DNA of 64,000 nt from positions 7,874,001 through 7,938,000 of the forward strand of contig OU015566.1 of assembly GCA_907165135.1 (NCBI GenBank), read 5' to 3'. Below, piece after piece: positions 62,101 to 64,000 of this stretch. Under the pieces are notes generated by a model. The model searched no databases, was not told the origin of the DNA, and saw only the letters and a list, made by a program, of their open reading frames with translations. The translations under genes were made by a program, and so were the position numbers. The stretch is from Oikopleura dioica (lineage: Eukaryota > Animalia > Chordata). The first letter of the stretch is position 1. Each line of letters starts with the position of its first letter.

Positions 62101-64000
62101 TTCTAGCGGCGGTGCGGAAATTGTCCGCGGCGAGATTTTGTCGGGAGCGGATAAAGAACCGACGACGCAGATACTGTCCGTGGTCCCCACTGATAAGCTA
62201 CTCCTGACGTGGTTATCAGAAAGCTTCTGACTCGAATGTTCAAGCTTCCAGATAGGTGACTAACAATTTGAGCGAACAGGGCGGGGATGGCGATTTTTCG
62301 TCTGGATTTGATTAGGCCCGAAAAGGAGGGGATTCCAACCCTGATTTCCAGCGCATTATTTGATTGTTTCAAAGGAAGAAAATCCTAAGTAAGCTTATGC
62401 AAGAAGATTGACCAAGCAAAAAGGACCAAGGTCAAGCAAAACGAATCTTCTAAAGGCAATCTTCCGCGAAGCAAAAAACTTTCGCCACTTTGAGTTTTGA
62501 GTTTTGGCGAGCTGCGATGATAACCCCTGTGCGGTGGCCAAGTGCTGAGGCGATTAAAAATCCTCTGATGTGGAAGGTCACTAATTAAAGAAAACATTTG
62601 TTTTTGGCGGTTCTTCCGAATCAAGCGCTTTCGCGAAAAAAAATACACGTACCTCTAATGGACAAGTGCAGATTTGTTCGCTGCGGCAGAAATGAAAGTG
62701 CAAATTGACAACTTCCGAGAAAATGTGTTTTTATTTCAAATCCCAGGATTAGACGATTTTAAAGACAGTCATTATAAAGAGGTCTTGTCTCATCCTCAAC
62801 CCTAACCCTAACCTTTCCTTTACTAAGTGGGGGGGATGATCCATTTTCGAATTTGAACTTCCTTGACACGAGAAAACGACCGTCAGGTTAGAACCGTAGT
62901 TCGCTTATGTTCCGGATTAGCGTACTGATTCACACTGGCCACCTTTTTGGCTCAAGAGGGATCATCCAAATTCCACGGACTAGCCATGGTCACGTCTTCT
63001 TTTATTTCTTTTTAGAGCCTTTTCCAAGCGCTTGATAAGCTACTATCTTATACGTAAAGATACGGCCGGTGTTAAGACAATACGATATAGATGGCTGCGC
63101 AGTGACCGCGGAGGATAAATATTCACTTCTACAGCACTAGAATAGTTGACCACTAATCAAGCTTTCTTGCAGTTAAGTTACATGCGATCCTTACCCCAAA
63201 AAATATCATAAATTGAAAGATAGTCTAGTTTAGCAAGCTTTTTAGTGAGGGGTGGTCTTATTATGAGAACCAATTGTAGGATTTTCCTTCACTTCGAAAT
63301 TATAGATTGTTTATAAATGTCGGATTACTGGGAGGGCTACTCTGGATCAGCGGAAATGCAAATGTTTGACATGCACCTTGCCGGTCCAGAAGCAGACGCG
63401 GAATGCACGAGACGGTTAAATTATTCTCCCGTGGATTAAACACTCTTGTGCTCGGCATAAATACTCACGCTTGGTCTGTTCTTTCACTCCTCCTTATTTA
63501 ACCCGTTACGGCGGGCGTGGTACTGATTGTGATTAGAGTTGTCTCACTTCCTAGTCATATTTATCGGAAAGCCTGTTTTAGCAACAAAACCCACTCGTTT
63601 CCGAAACATTGACAAAACAGATAAGAATGAAAAAAGGGCCCTTGGCTGTTTTCAGTTCTGCGGACACAGGTTAAGCTCTTCAACAGCCTCAGTTGAAAAG
63701 AGATAAGCAGCCCTTTTTTATGCCCGCCCTGGCCGAACGTAAATAGACAAAAATTCCTTGAACAGAGCATTTTTTGCGAAATTCTTAAGATTGATTTTGA
63801 ACGGTATTAAATTTGGCTGTATTAACCTGTTTCGTCTCATTTGCCTCATTTCAACTTCCTGCGTTATGAATAATCGCTTTATCCTAATGTGGCATTAATA
63901 TTCTCGTGACGCGTCGATTCTTGAATGCGAATTTAGCAGTAGCAGGGGATGGGAGCTGTCCAACTGCGGAAATCGCGAAATCGCCGATTGAACGCGCAAT

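Noticed and set aside
62798-62813. AACCCTAACCCTAACC telomere-like repeat
   Set aside because: Under three units; too short to distinguish from chance.
1-64000. SL RNA, 5S rRNA, snRNA, tRNA or transposase/reverse transcriptase ORFs
   Set aside because: None recognised by eye; a covariance-model scan and translated repeat search are needed to exclude diverged copies.

Overview
Eukaryotic (metazoan) genomic DNA. Introns of 30-80 nt, GA-AG/GC-AG splice sites and same-strand genes 44-700 nt apart, each with an acceptor-like AG just before the ATG, suggest an appendicularian tunicate such as Oikopleura dioica (inference). Bases 1-33.5 kb are gene-dense. SMG1 (minus strand, running off the left edge) diverges from a plus-strand, operon-like run: WDR18, INTS15/C7orf26, a SOWAH ankyrin protein, a SpoU methyltransferase, SETD3, an unknown gene, NUP188 (with an antisense RING gene inside one intron), MED25 and C1orf43/NICE-3. 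A convergent unknown two-TM gene follows. Bases 33.6-64 kb are gene-poor and hold non-autonomous DNA transposons: a three-level nest of four long-TIR elements with 9-bp, TA and TTAA target duplications at 34.6-37.3 kb, a young hAT-like element at 58.2-59.2 kb, small MITEs and an (ATATT)41 satellite. A multi-exon, probably GPI-anchored gene at about 48.6-52 kb is missed by the ORF track. At least three coding regions need one extra homopolymer base to stay in frame, most likely assembly errors. Gene names come from recalled similarity to human proteins; no database searches were run. No CRISPR, rRNA or tRNA was found.
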